Source of the DNA: Methanobacteriota archaeon
GTDB taxonomy: Archaea; Thermoplasmatota; Thermoplasmata; SG8-5; JAGLSY01
NCBI GenBank assembly: GCA_020696385.1
Contig: JAEHCQ010000001.1
Location: 384,001 to 448,000, forward strand
DNA length: 64,000 nucleotides
Direction of reading: 5' to 3'
In this document: positions 47,463 through 56,712 of the stretch, piece after piece
Numbering within the stretch: the stretch's first letter is position 1
Layout of the letters: each line of letters begins with the position of its first letter
Notes under the pieces: generated by a model
What the model saw: only the letters and a program-made list of their open reading frames with translations
Told to the model about the DNA's origin: nothing
The model's database searches: none
Position numbers and translations under genes: made by a program

Positions 47463-50400
47463 ATCAAAAAATAACCTCAATAGCAATAGTGTGTGCGATG
47501 CTGTTGATGGGAATATCCATCAACATAGACAGTGGCGCCCAAGGGGCCTTCGTGAACTATCAGTCAGTACCATGGACAAGTGACTTCACACCATTGGATT
47601 CCGCATGGGATCCTGCAGGGGACAATTGTGTAGTTGTTGGAAATGACACCTCTGGTCTGCAATCCAGTGCCTGGCATTTTTATGAGCCGACAAACACCTG
47701 GTCACCTATATTTGAAGGAACTGATGCATCTTCACCAGCAGCCAACGTGGTTGTCAATGACAATACAAGCATGACGTATGGTTCTATACAGAGTGCGATA
47801 GATGCTGCAAGCTCTGGCAATGTCCTGGAAGTATGGTCCGGAACCTATTATGAGAATATTGCCATAAACAAGATGCTGACCATAATCGGTAACGGCAGTG
47901 CGAACACCATCATAGATGGGGGTAATGCCGACAATGTCGTGCACATTGGCGCATCCAATGTGGAGTTCAGTGGTTTCAGCGTGACTGGCAGTACACTATT
48001 CTCTGGATATGCAGGGATATTGCTATTCAACTCCGATAACTGCAATATACATGACAATTACATCTACGACAATTATGATGGAATTCGACTTGAGGGGTCA
48101 TCCAACAACATCATCACGGAGAATGATGTTGAGAACAATGAGGTTGGAATAATCACTGCAAGCAGCCCGGAGACAAAGAGTTTGATGGGAGTTTCTGAAG
48201 ATGGCGGGTCGGTAGGCTATGGAGCCATGTATGAACTAGACACGGATGGCTCTAATTTCGATGTGATCCGCGAATTCCTCCCAGAACATCAGGACGGTAG
48301 GAACCCATATTACAATGCGGCATTGACACTGGATATGTTCGATCTCAACACACTGTACGGTACCACAAGATACGGTGGCTCACATAATGCTGGTATTATC
48401 TTCAGAACAGATGTAAATGGAGCATCTTACGATATTCTATTTAATTTCACAGCAAGTGTCAATGATGGCAGATACCCCACAGGGGATTTACTGCAAATCG
48501 GTGATGAACTTTATGGAATGTGTAATTCAGGTGGAAGTTCTAACTATGGGACGATCTTTAAAATAAGAACAGATGGTAGTGATTTTGAGGTCCTTCATAG
48601 CTTTACCGGGGGCGCCGGAGGGAGTTCCCCACAATATGGAGGCTTAGTCTATGATGGCTCGTCAATATATGGAATGACATACAATGGTGGAACCATCTAC
48701 GGTACAATATTCCAGATATATCCAGATGGTTCAGGCTTCACGATCCTGCACAACTTTGATTCTGCCAATGGTGAATATCCATATGGAAGTCTCACTGTCA
48801 GTGGAGGAATGCTCTATGGCATGACCCGTATGGGAGGTCTTTGGGATGATGGAGTGATATTCAAGATAGACACCTCAGGCGGTGGTTACACGGTGCTTCG
48901 TGAATTTGGCCCCACCTTCTACAATCCTTACGGGAATCTCTTGATCATAGGGTCAAATCTTTATGGAATGGTCTACAATGGGCCTGCCAACTATGGGGGC
49001 GTGTTCACCATCGATATATGGGGTGGCGGATTCAATGTACTGCACAGCTTTGCAGGCGGTGTTGGTGATGGTGGCTACCCATACGGAAGCCTGGTACATG
49101 ATGGGAGCGGCATGCTCTATGGGACGACCAGGAGCTATGGAGCCAATAGTGTTGGGACCATTTTCAAGGTCAGCACCGATGGCTTGACATATAATCTGAT
49201 CACATCTTTTACAGGCACAGCGGGCGTAGCCCCGGGGTCATACTCAGGATGCAATCTGATATACGATGGAGGATGGCTCTATGGAACGACCCAGAGTGGA
49301 GGAACCACAAATGACGGGACCATTTTCAAGGTCAGGTGGGATGGTTCTTTATTTACCTCACTACATAACTTTGATGATGCGACGAATGGAGGTACCTACC
49401 CCAAATCAAACCTACTCCAGAGTGGAGATTACATCTACGGGGTCACTAACAACGGTGGCATTTATGGCTCGGGAACTTTATACAAAATGAATATTGACAA
49501 GACCGGCTACACCATAATGCATCATTTCAATTCTGTTGATGGTAGTAATGGAGATAATCCGTATTCTGAACCGATCCAGGTAGGTGGTACATTATACGGA
49601 ACCACCTATGATGGCGGAGTCTTTGGCCAGGGAACTATCTACAAGATAGAGACTGACGGTACTGGCTTTTCGCTATTGCATAGCTTCCAGGGTGGTTTAA
49701 CAGATGGGGCTAGCCCTTACTCTGGACTTACTTATGACGGGTCATTCCTATATGGAGCAACTCGAAATGGTGGACCCTCGAACTATGGTTCGGTCTATAG
49801 GATCAACACTGGTGGTTTCGGCTACACAACAATGCACCTTTTCGGTGGAGTGCCAGACGGAGAATATCCAGGTTATGGAAAATTACTGGATGATGGGGTA
49901 TTCCTATATGGGACAACAACCAATGGAGGAATGTTCGATAGAGGCACTGTGTTTAAAATAGCTAAGGCCACTTCCATAGTAACGATACTTCATAATTTCA
50001 CAAGTGTTGTCTCGGATGCACAGTATCCATATGGCGGCCTTGTGTCCGATGGCACATATCTCTATGGAATGACCAGCTCTGGAGGGGTGTATGGCGATGG
50101 AACAGTATACAGAGTGCGCACAGACGGGTCTAACTTCGGCCTAATGCACCACTTCGATTATAATGCGGATGGTGGCTACCCTGAAGCGTCATTGACACTC
50201 GATGGGAACACATTGTATGGTGTTACATCGGAAGGTGGTGATGGAGTCACAGATTATGGTACGGTATTCAAGATCGACAAGGATACTGCGGTATTCACTT
50301 TGCTTCGCTATTTCCAAGGGAATCCAGGTATTGCCTATCCATATGGCTGTGGCATTGCCATGATAACCTACCCTGCTGCAGATTCGTGGACCAATCTCAT

Positions 50401-52531
50401 CTACCACAATAATCTCATAGACAATACGATCCAAGCATGGGACAATATGCCTATACCAGGCAATGCCTGGGACAATGGTCTTCCAGATGGTGGGAACTAC
50501 TGGAATGATTATGGTGGTGTCGACATGCCTCCTAATGGTATTGGAGATTCAAGCTATTTCATCCTGGGTGGTGTCGGAGCATCAGATGATCGCCCATGGA
50601 TGCGGGAGAATGGCTGGAAACTGCCTTACACCTCACTACTACGTGTGAAATGGGATGATGTCAATGAGAGGTTCTGGATGTGTGGAGAATATTCTACAAA
50701 TGCTGCAAGCTCGATATATTATGTACAGAATGGCAGCTTCGATGCAATGGTGCCCATAGAAGCTCCAACAATCACATTCACAGCATTAGAACCTGATAAC
50801 CTGGGTGCGATCTTACTCGGAGGAAATAATCTGGATGCCATGTACTACTATGATGGGGACAATGGTCACGAAGTAACAGAGATAGGGACCACCAAGATGT
50901 GGGGATGGAATATCACCGATATAGCATTCAATCCCAATGATGACAGGTTCTATGTGGTTGGAAACCAAATGAATCAAGACAAAGGTGTGGCCTTCCACAC
51001 GGATGAAGTACCTCTTGACTCTGGTTCTGCCAATTGTTATCTGGATACATCCACCTTCATCAACACACCGCCAGGTAAATTGAAGGCCATTGATTGGAAC
51101 CCTGTCAGGGATTATGCGCTTGTCGTCGGGGATGGTATTTACAGAATGGATATCTATGATGGCAATCCGGGATATGAGCTGACGTGGACCGAGATAGAAG
51201 CTGCTTCTGCTGGCATTACTTTCAGTGATGTATCCTGGGATTCTGATGGATGGAATGAAGCTGGAATATCTGGTGATGACAGTACATTCGGAACTTATTG
51301 GAGATACTATCACACCAATCCAAATCTTCAGAATGGTTTCACCAACAGCACTGCTGGGACAGAATACACTACCTGTGCGATGAAGCCACCATCAAGTCCA
51401 AAATGGCTACTTCTCCTGGGAGGAGCGGGCGGATTACAGATCAATATTGAAGAACTCGATCAGAGCTCTACAGTTTCGGCCAGCTCGATCAATCCCAATG
51501 TATACTGGGTGGGATTCAATGATACTGCTATGAATCCTAAGAACAACCAGGTCATCAGTCCAGATTCATCATTCTACATAACCTTCGAAGGAAATTACAG
51601 TGGAGGATGGGACCAAGTGTCCGTGGATATCGACATGTGGTATGATTTCGGCTTCATTGGCACCAATTCCATGTACCCGGTGGAGACTGATTTCAATAGG
51701 AACAAAGCCTTTAGTCTAACATATACTCCAGCTGCTTTCCCACCGATTGCTGTCAATTATCCAAATGGTCCTGTTATGGAATTCCAGACAGGTACGATCA
51801 CAGATATTGTCTCTATACCACATCCGACCATGCCAGCATATTCCACACATAGGGTGGAGATCGAGATCCTGCTTGGAGCGCAGATGTTCGCGGCCGATGG
51901 CAGTGGTTCAATGGGTATTGGTCCGGATTATCATTCTGACCCGAACATCGCACTTGACAGGGCCAATACCTGGGACTTCAATGTCAACATGACAGATATT
52001 GGTGATCCAACCAAGTTCAACAGCACATATGGGGAATTTGGCGTGAACAAGGCCATTTCCATATCCATAACTGGAGATCCAGGTGCAGATGGCACACCCG
52101 GTACGAACGGTGTATATCTTGGCTCCAATACCATCGAGTATTCGACCAATACCAATTACTGGGTCAATGTATCGATACCTAACCTTTACTTATATGGCAA
52201 TGAGGCCAGCCCCTATTTCATAACTGCGGATAAATTACAGGTCGAGAACACCAATGGACTATCTTACTTGCCATTGGTATCTGACATTGATGCTGCGACA
52301 TATTTCCAGGGTGCTGACCTGAAATGGTGTGTGTGGGGCAGTTCTGCTGGAGGATCATTGCAAGCTCCAGGTAATGGAACAACAGCCCATGGGCCTTGGG
52401 GTTCGAATTATAACAATTACGGCAGCGTAGACGGGTCCACGACTGTGGAGTGGTATGTGGATCTGCCTGGGGCATTGGCCGCTGGCACTTATGAAGCGAC
52501 CATATCGTATTCGATAGAGACGGAGGGATGA
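47459..52531 (+). CDS. Array paralog 3: scaffold with NosD/pectin-lyase beta-helix insert split by 14 GloVer-type repeats
   Basis: YGSIQSAIDAA..GTYYENI at the helix start, YHNNLIDN..GGNYWNDY.G.D..NGIGD at its end, LYG.T..GG...GT(I/V)FK repeats between. Confidence 0.87.
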   Translation: MNQKITSIAIVCAMLLMGISINIDSGAQGAFVNYQSVPWTSDFTPLDSAWDPAGDNCVVVGNDTSGLQSSAWHFYEPTNTWSPIFEGTDASSPAANVVVNDNTSMTYGSIQSAIDAASSGNVLEVWSGTYYENIAINKMLTIIGNGSANTIIDGGNADNVVHIGASNVEFSGFSVTGSTLFSGYAGILLFNSDNCNIHDNYIYDNYDGIRLEGSSNNIITENDVENNEVGIITASSPETKSLMGVSEDGGSVGYGAMYELDTDGSNFDVIREFLPEHQDGRNPYYNAALTLDMFDLNTLYGTTRYGGSHNAGIIFRTDVNGASYDILFNFTASVNDGRYPTGDLLQIGDELYGMCNSGGSSNYGTIFKIRTDGSDFEVLHSFTGGAGGSSPQYGGLVYDGSSIYGMTYNGGTIYGTIFQIYPDGSGFTILHNFDSANGEYPYGSLTVSGGMLYGMTRMGGLWDDGVIFKIDTSGGGYTVLREFGPTFYNPYGNLLIIGSNLYGMVYNGPANYGGVFTIDIWGGGFNVLHSFAGGVGDGGYPYGSLVHDGSGMLYGTTRSYGANSVGTIFKVSTDGLTYNLITSFTGTAGVAPGSYSGCNLIYDGGWLYGTTQSGGTTNDGTIFKVRWDGSLFTSLHNFDDATNGGTYPKSNLLQSGDYIYGVTNNGGIYGSGTLYKMNIDKTGYTIMHHFNSVDGSNGDNPYSEPIQVGGTLYGTTYDGGVFGQGTIYKIETDGTGFSLLHSFQGGLTDGASPYSGLTYDGSFLYGATRNGGPSNYGSVYRINTGGFGYTTMHLFGGVPDGEYPGYGKLLDDGVFLYGTTTNGGMFDRGTVFKIAKATSIVTILHNFTSVVSDAQYPYGGLVSDGTYLYGMTSSGGVYGDGTVYRVRTDGSNFGLMHHFDYNADGGYPEASLTLDGNTLYGVTSEGGDGVTDYGTVFKIDKDTAVFTLLRYFQGNPGIAYPYGCGIAMITYPAADSWTNLIYHNNLIDNTIQAWDNMPIPGNAWDNGLPDGGNYWNDYGGVDMPPNGIGDSSYFILGGVGASDDRPWMRENGWKLPYTSLLRVKWDDVNERFWMCGEYSTNAASSIYYVQNGSFDAMVPIEAPTITFTALEPDNLGAILLGGNNLDAMYYYDGDNGHEVTEIGTTKMWGWNITDIAFNPNDDRFYVVGNQMNQDKGVAFHTDEVPLDSGSANCYLDTSTFINTPPGKLKAIDWNPVRDYALVVGDGIYRMDIYDGNPGYELTWTEIEAASAGITFSDVSWDSDGWNEAGISGDDSTFGTYWRYYHTNPNLQNGFTNSTAGTEYTTCAMKPPSSPKWLLLLGGAGGLQINIEELDQSSTVSASSINPNVYWVGFNDTAMNPKNNQVISPDSSFYITFEGNYSGGWDQVSVDIDMWYDFGFIGTNSMYPVETDFNRNKAFSLTYTPAAFPPIAVNYPNGPVMEFQTGTITDIVSIPHPTMPAYSTHRVEIEILLGAQMFAADGSGSMGIGPDYHSDPNIALDRANTWDFNVNMTDIGDPTKFNSTYGEFGVNKAISISITGDPGADGTPGTNGVYLGSNTIEYSTNTNYWVNVSIPNLYLYGNEASPYFITADKLQVENTNGLSYLPLVSDIDAATYFQGADLKWCVWGSSAGGSLQAPGNGTTAHGPWGSNYNNYGSVDGSTTVEWYVDLPGALAAGTYEATISYSIETEG
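48180..50370 (+). repeat. 14 tandem Gloeobacter/Verrucomicrobia-type (GloVer) repeats
   Basis: Consensus LYG.T..GG....GT(I/V)F(K/R)I..DG..F..LH.F......G..PY..L; 14 counted by hand. Confidence 0.85.
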
Positions 52532-55500
52532 AGATGAGAACAAAAATCACCTCTATTTTGATCGTCAGCGCGATGTTGTTTATGGGAATGTCCGTCAACA
52601 TAGACAATAATGCTCAGGGAGCATTCATGGACACTCTGTCCGGAAATGGTTTGAATCCTAATTTCATCCCACTAGACACGGAATGGAACACTGAGGGCAC
52701 CATGGCAGTGGTTGTGGGACAGGATACTGCGAACGGGCCTAATGCGTACATGTATTGGCCGCATAATGACACATACTACCCCATTCCAAACTATGTTTCG
52801 GGTCAAGTACTGATGGGAGTGGATTGTTACAGTGAGCCTGTGTACAATACCACCCAATCAGGTTCAGCCTCAACCGTACTTCTGGTTGACGCGGACTACT
52901 TTGATGACGGGCTGGTAACACTGTATGACAACCCACTGGTGAACAATGGACTATCTGTGACAATATGGGATGTATATGGAAACAATGGTCCAGCCGAAGG
53001 CAAGCCAAGCGAAATTGATATGTCTCCATATGACCTGGTTGTCTGGATCCCTAGTAGGAATACCCAAGGACCGCCAGTATGGAGTGGTGGTGAGACCTTT
53101 GATGGAACTGATGAAGCAGAGGTCAGTACTTATCTGGATGGTGGAGGGAATTTCTTCCTGTCCAATATCTATTGGTCATCATACATATCTGCCGCAATGC
53201 CATACAGTTTGGGTGATTTCCCATACGATTACTTGGGTTTGAGCAGTATTAGCAACACCGGCTCCAACAGAGAGGATGCTGTAATGGGGGAGCCAGGAGA
53301 CCCTGAGTTCGATGGATTCGGAACCACTTATCTGGATTGGAACCTTGGTGGATGGGGGGGAACAAATCCTTTCCAATCCGATGAACCAAATGCCGGAAAT
53401 GGGGAGGTCTGTGCTTATATTGCATGGGATATGCCACCTCTCTCTTGGGGTAATGGTGGGGTCAAGTATGATGCAGGGACCTTCAAGTCCATGTTCATGG
53501 GATTCCCTGTGGAGACCTTGCAGCCATCCGATGCTGATGATTTCTGGTCTAGGGCCATAGATTTCTTTGGATTATCTTCTACCGGTGCCCTGACGAACTA
53601 CGCCATGCTCAATCCTTCTCAGGATAACACCATATATGAAGAGGATTCAAGTTACAGCAACGGCGCTGGGGAATACATCTTTACTGGAATGAATTCAGGC
53701 TCTGATATCAGAAGAGCTCTTGTTCAATTTGATCTGGAGGACTCTCTACCCGAGGGTTCGACCTTAACTGGCGCAGCTCTTTATCTATATTGTAGCTGGT
53801 CCGAGATGCCAGGAAACGAAGCGGTCAGTCTTCATGCCCTACAGGAAGATTGGGGTGAAAGCACCTCTGATGCTGATCCTAGTGAGGAATATGGAACCAA
53901 TGCGAACATTGGAGATGCAACATGGGACCATAGATATTATTCCTCAACCTTTTGGTCAAGTCCAGGGGGTGAATATGATCCCTCATCCAGTGCTATAACT
54001 ACCGTGGGAGGATCTGGCTCATATTATGTCTGGACATCTGCACAAATGAAAACAGATGTGCAAAATTGGATAGATAATCCTGAACAGAATAATGGCTGGA
54101 TGGTCAGGGGAAATGAGGGTATGATGGAAACTGCAAAAGGTTTCAGTAGTGTGAACAATAGTGATCAAGCTACCATTCCGATCCTTATGCTGGAGTATAC
54201 AAATCCATTCACACAAGAAATTGTTATCACATCAGATAGGGATAACAATATCTTTGATGAGGACCCGGACCAGAGCAATGGAGCCGGAGAGGCCATGAGG
54301 GCGGGTGTCAATAATAATGGTTATTTAAGACGCGGTCTATTGCATTTTGATGTTGCGGGTAATGTTCCTGCAGGCTCGACCATCACATACACTGACCTGA
54401 TGATGACCTGCCGACAGCATACTGATGGAGATCCTGAAGCAACCACTTTGCAGACCATGACGAATGACTGGGGAGAAGGTATCTCGGATGATGGAGGAAT
54501 GTCAGCCACCGGAAATGCAGAGCCAGATGATGCCACCTGGTGGTATAATTTCTATGATTTTTCCCCTTGGGCATCCTGGGGCGGTGATTTTGATACTGCC
54601 ATTGTATCTTCTGCAGATGTCACTGTCGCGGGTCAAAACTATACCTGGCCATTCACAACCGCGATGCAGACCAATGTTCAGGATTGGCTGGATGATGGTG
54701 CAAACAATTATGGCTGGATGGTGCGTGGTAATGAAACATATGATGGTTCTGGTACGGTCAAGCAGTTCTACACAAGGGAAATCGCGACTCCGGATTACAG
54801 GCCACAACTGACAATAAGGTATGTTCCCTCAGAGATCCCAGACCCGATAGGATACAATGACACTTTTTGGCTAGTGGGAGATGAGGCAGGCGGTGGAGTA
54901 ACCTGTGTGTACAAAGTGGTTCCAGATATTAGCCTTAACCTGATAGACATGGGAAAGAACACTGCATCACCTCTGACTTCAATTGCATGTGATGATAATG
55001 GAAATCCACTGGCTGTAGGGCATAACCAACCCAGCATGTATTATTATGATACCCAGGCGACCGCCTGGTACAATGTTGCCGGTAACATGGATTGTGATTT
55101 CGAGGGTGTGGACTATAATCCCAATGATGGAAGGTTCTACGTAGCGGGATACAATGGAAACTGGGCATGGAATGTGGTTTATTACACAGATCCGGGACCC
55201 CTTAACAATGGTACATCCTCGAGTTATTATTACCAGTCAACAGACCTGACCGCGGATTGCTCATTCCAGGCAATCGCCTGGAACGACCTGTATGATTATG
55301 GACTGGTCGTGGGAGATGAGGGAACTATCCTGAAGGTCTGGCCCTTTGATCATAATGGAAATGGAACCATGCATTATGAGGATATTTCCATCAACTGGCT
55401 GGATTACTACTATGATGTATCCTGGGACACGGATGGATGGAACGAAGCAGGTATCGTTGGAAGTGACAGCATGGGTTGGGACGGCCTGTATTACAGATAT

Positions 55501-56709
55501 TACCACTCTAACCCGGAAATCATACTCGGTCATGACAGCAATGATGGAAGTTATTATCGTGCATGCGCGATGAAGCCGCCATCAAGTCCAAAATGGCTTT
55601 TCATCCCAACAGCCGGTGGAGGTATCAAAGCCAATATCCAGGCTCTGGATCAGAGTTCCACGGTATCAGCCAGTTCCTTGTTCCCTAACATTTACTGGGC
55701 GGGCTTGAACGATACAGCCATGAACTCAAAGAACAACATGATGGTGAACACAGATACAGACTTCTACATAACCTTCGAGGCAAATTACACTGGTGGCTGG
55801 AATCAGGCTCAGGCAGATATCCATATTTGGTATGATGATGGATTGACAGGGACCAACTCACAATACCCTGCTGAAACACCAAATAACAGGAATTGGGCCA
55901 TCAACCTGACCTATGATCCGAATGCTGGATCCTACGTGATCAACTATCCAACGGCTCCAATACTGGAAGCTACCATTGGCGCGTATTCGGACACAATTGT
56001 TTCGGCGCATCCAGATCCGACACAATCGACACATCGTGTTGAGTTGCCTATCCATTTTGGTGGCCAGATGTTCGCTGCAGATGGTGGCGGATCCTTGGGA
56101 GCCGGCCCAGATTATGATTCTGATCCTAACTTAGCACTTGATCGGGGTAATACATGGGACTTCAATGTGACGGTATATGATAGTGCCAATACCGCGAAAA
56201 GAAATAGCACATACGGCGAGTTCGGAGTCAACCAGGCGATCTCCATATCCATCGCGGGTGATCCATCTGGTGATGCACCCCCAGGTTCTAACGGGGTCTA
56301 CCTTGGCAGTAATGTCATCACATACTCGACGAACACGAACTACTGGGTCAATATGTCGATACCCAACCTGGAAAAAATAGGTGGAGGGTCATCGATCCCA
56401 GCAAGCAATTTGCGGGTACAGAACACCAATAGCTTGGCCAGTTTGCCATCAGCATCGGAGTTGGGTGTTTCTACATATTTCTCTGGACCGGATATGAAAA
56501 TGTGTGTCTGGGGAATATCTGGACCTGCGATTCCATTGCCCTCTCCAGGAAATGGAACAACAGCACATGGCCCCTGGGGATCCAATTACAATAATTATGA
56601 CAACCCGGGAGGAACTACGAGCATTGACTGGTACATCGATCTACCAAGCTCGCTACAATCTGGAATATACATGGCCACGATCACATATTCGATAGAGATA
56701 CAGGGGTGA
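52528..56709 (+). CDS. Array paralog 4: scaffold with GATase-like alpha/beta domain and two DNRLRE-like domains
   Basis: VLLVDAD..YDLVVW..YLDGGGNFFLS; twice DN.I(Y/F)....SNGAG...RR.L..FD...VQ.W.D....N.GWMVRGNE; ATGA overlap with paralog 3. Confidence 0.85.
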   Translation: MKMRTKITSILIVSAMLFMGMSVNIDNNAQGAFMDTLSGNGLNPNFIPLDTEWNTEGTMAVVVGQDTANGPNAYMYWPHNDTYYPIPNYVSGQVLMGVDCYSEPVYNTTQSGSASTVLLVDADYFDDGLVTLYDNPLVNNGLSVTIWDVYGNNGPAEGKPSEIDMSPYDLVVWIPSRNTQGPPVWSGGETFDGTDEAEVSTYLDGGGNFFLSNIYWSSYISAAMPYSLGDFPYDYLGLSSISNTGSNREDAVMGEPGDPEFDGFGTTYLDWNLGGWGGTNPFQSDEPNAGNGEVCAYIAWDMPPLSWGNGGVKYDAGTFKSMFMGFPVETLQPSDADDFWSRAIDFFGLSSTGALTNYAMLNPSQDNTIYEEDSSYSNGAGEYIFTGMNSGSDIRRALVQFDLEDSLPEGSTLTGAALYLYCSWSEMPGNEAVSLHALQEDWGESTSDADPSEEYGTNANIGDATWDHRYYSSTFWSSPGGEYDPSSSAITTVGGSGSYYVWTSAQMKTDVQNWIDNPEQNNGWMVRGNEGMMETAKGFSSVNNSDQATIPILMLEYTNPFTQEIVITSDRDNNIFDEDPDQSNGAGEAMRAGVNNNGYLRRGLLHFDVAGNVPAGSTITYTDLMMTCRQHTDGDPEATTLQTMTNDWGEGISDDGGMSATGNAEPDDATWWYNFYDFSPWASWGGDFDTAIVSSADVTVAGQNYTWPFTTAMQTNVQDWLDDGANNYGWMVRGNETYDGSGTVKQFYTREIATPDYRPQLTIRYVPSEIPDPIGYNDTFWLVGDEAGGGVTCVYKVVPDISLNLIDMGKNTASPLTSIACDDNGNPLAVGHNQPSMYYYDTQATAWYNVAGNMDCDFEGVDYNPNDGRFYVAGYNGNWAWNVVYYTDPGPLNNGTSSSYYYQSTDLTADCSFQAIAWNDLYDYGLVVGDEGTILKVWPFDHNGNGTMHYEDISINWLDYYYDVSWDTDGWNEAGIVGSDSMGWDGLYYRYYHSNPEIILGHDSNDGSYYRACAMKPPSSPKWLFIPTAGGGIKANIQALDQSSTVSASSLFPNIYWAGLNDTAMNSKNNMMVNTDTDFYITFEANYTGGWNQAQADIHIWYDDGLTGTNSQYPAETPNNRNWAINLTYDPNAGSYVINYPTAPILEATIGAYSDTIVSAHPDPTQSTHRVELPIHFGGQMFAADGGGSLGAGPDYDSDPNLALDRGNTWDFNVTVYDSANTAKRNSTYGEFGVNQAISISIAGDPSGDAPPGSNGVYLGSNVITYSTNTNYWVNMSIPNLEKIGGGSSIPASNLRVQNTNSLASLPSASELGVSTYFSGPDMKMCVWGISGPAIPLPSPGNGTTAHGPWGSNYNNYDNPGGTTSIDWYIDLPSSLQSGIYMATITYSIEIQG

Positions 56710-56712
56710 TGA

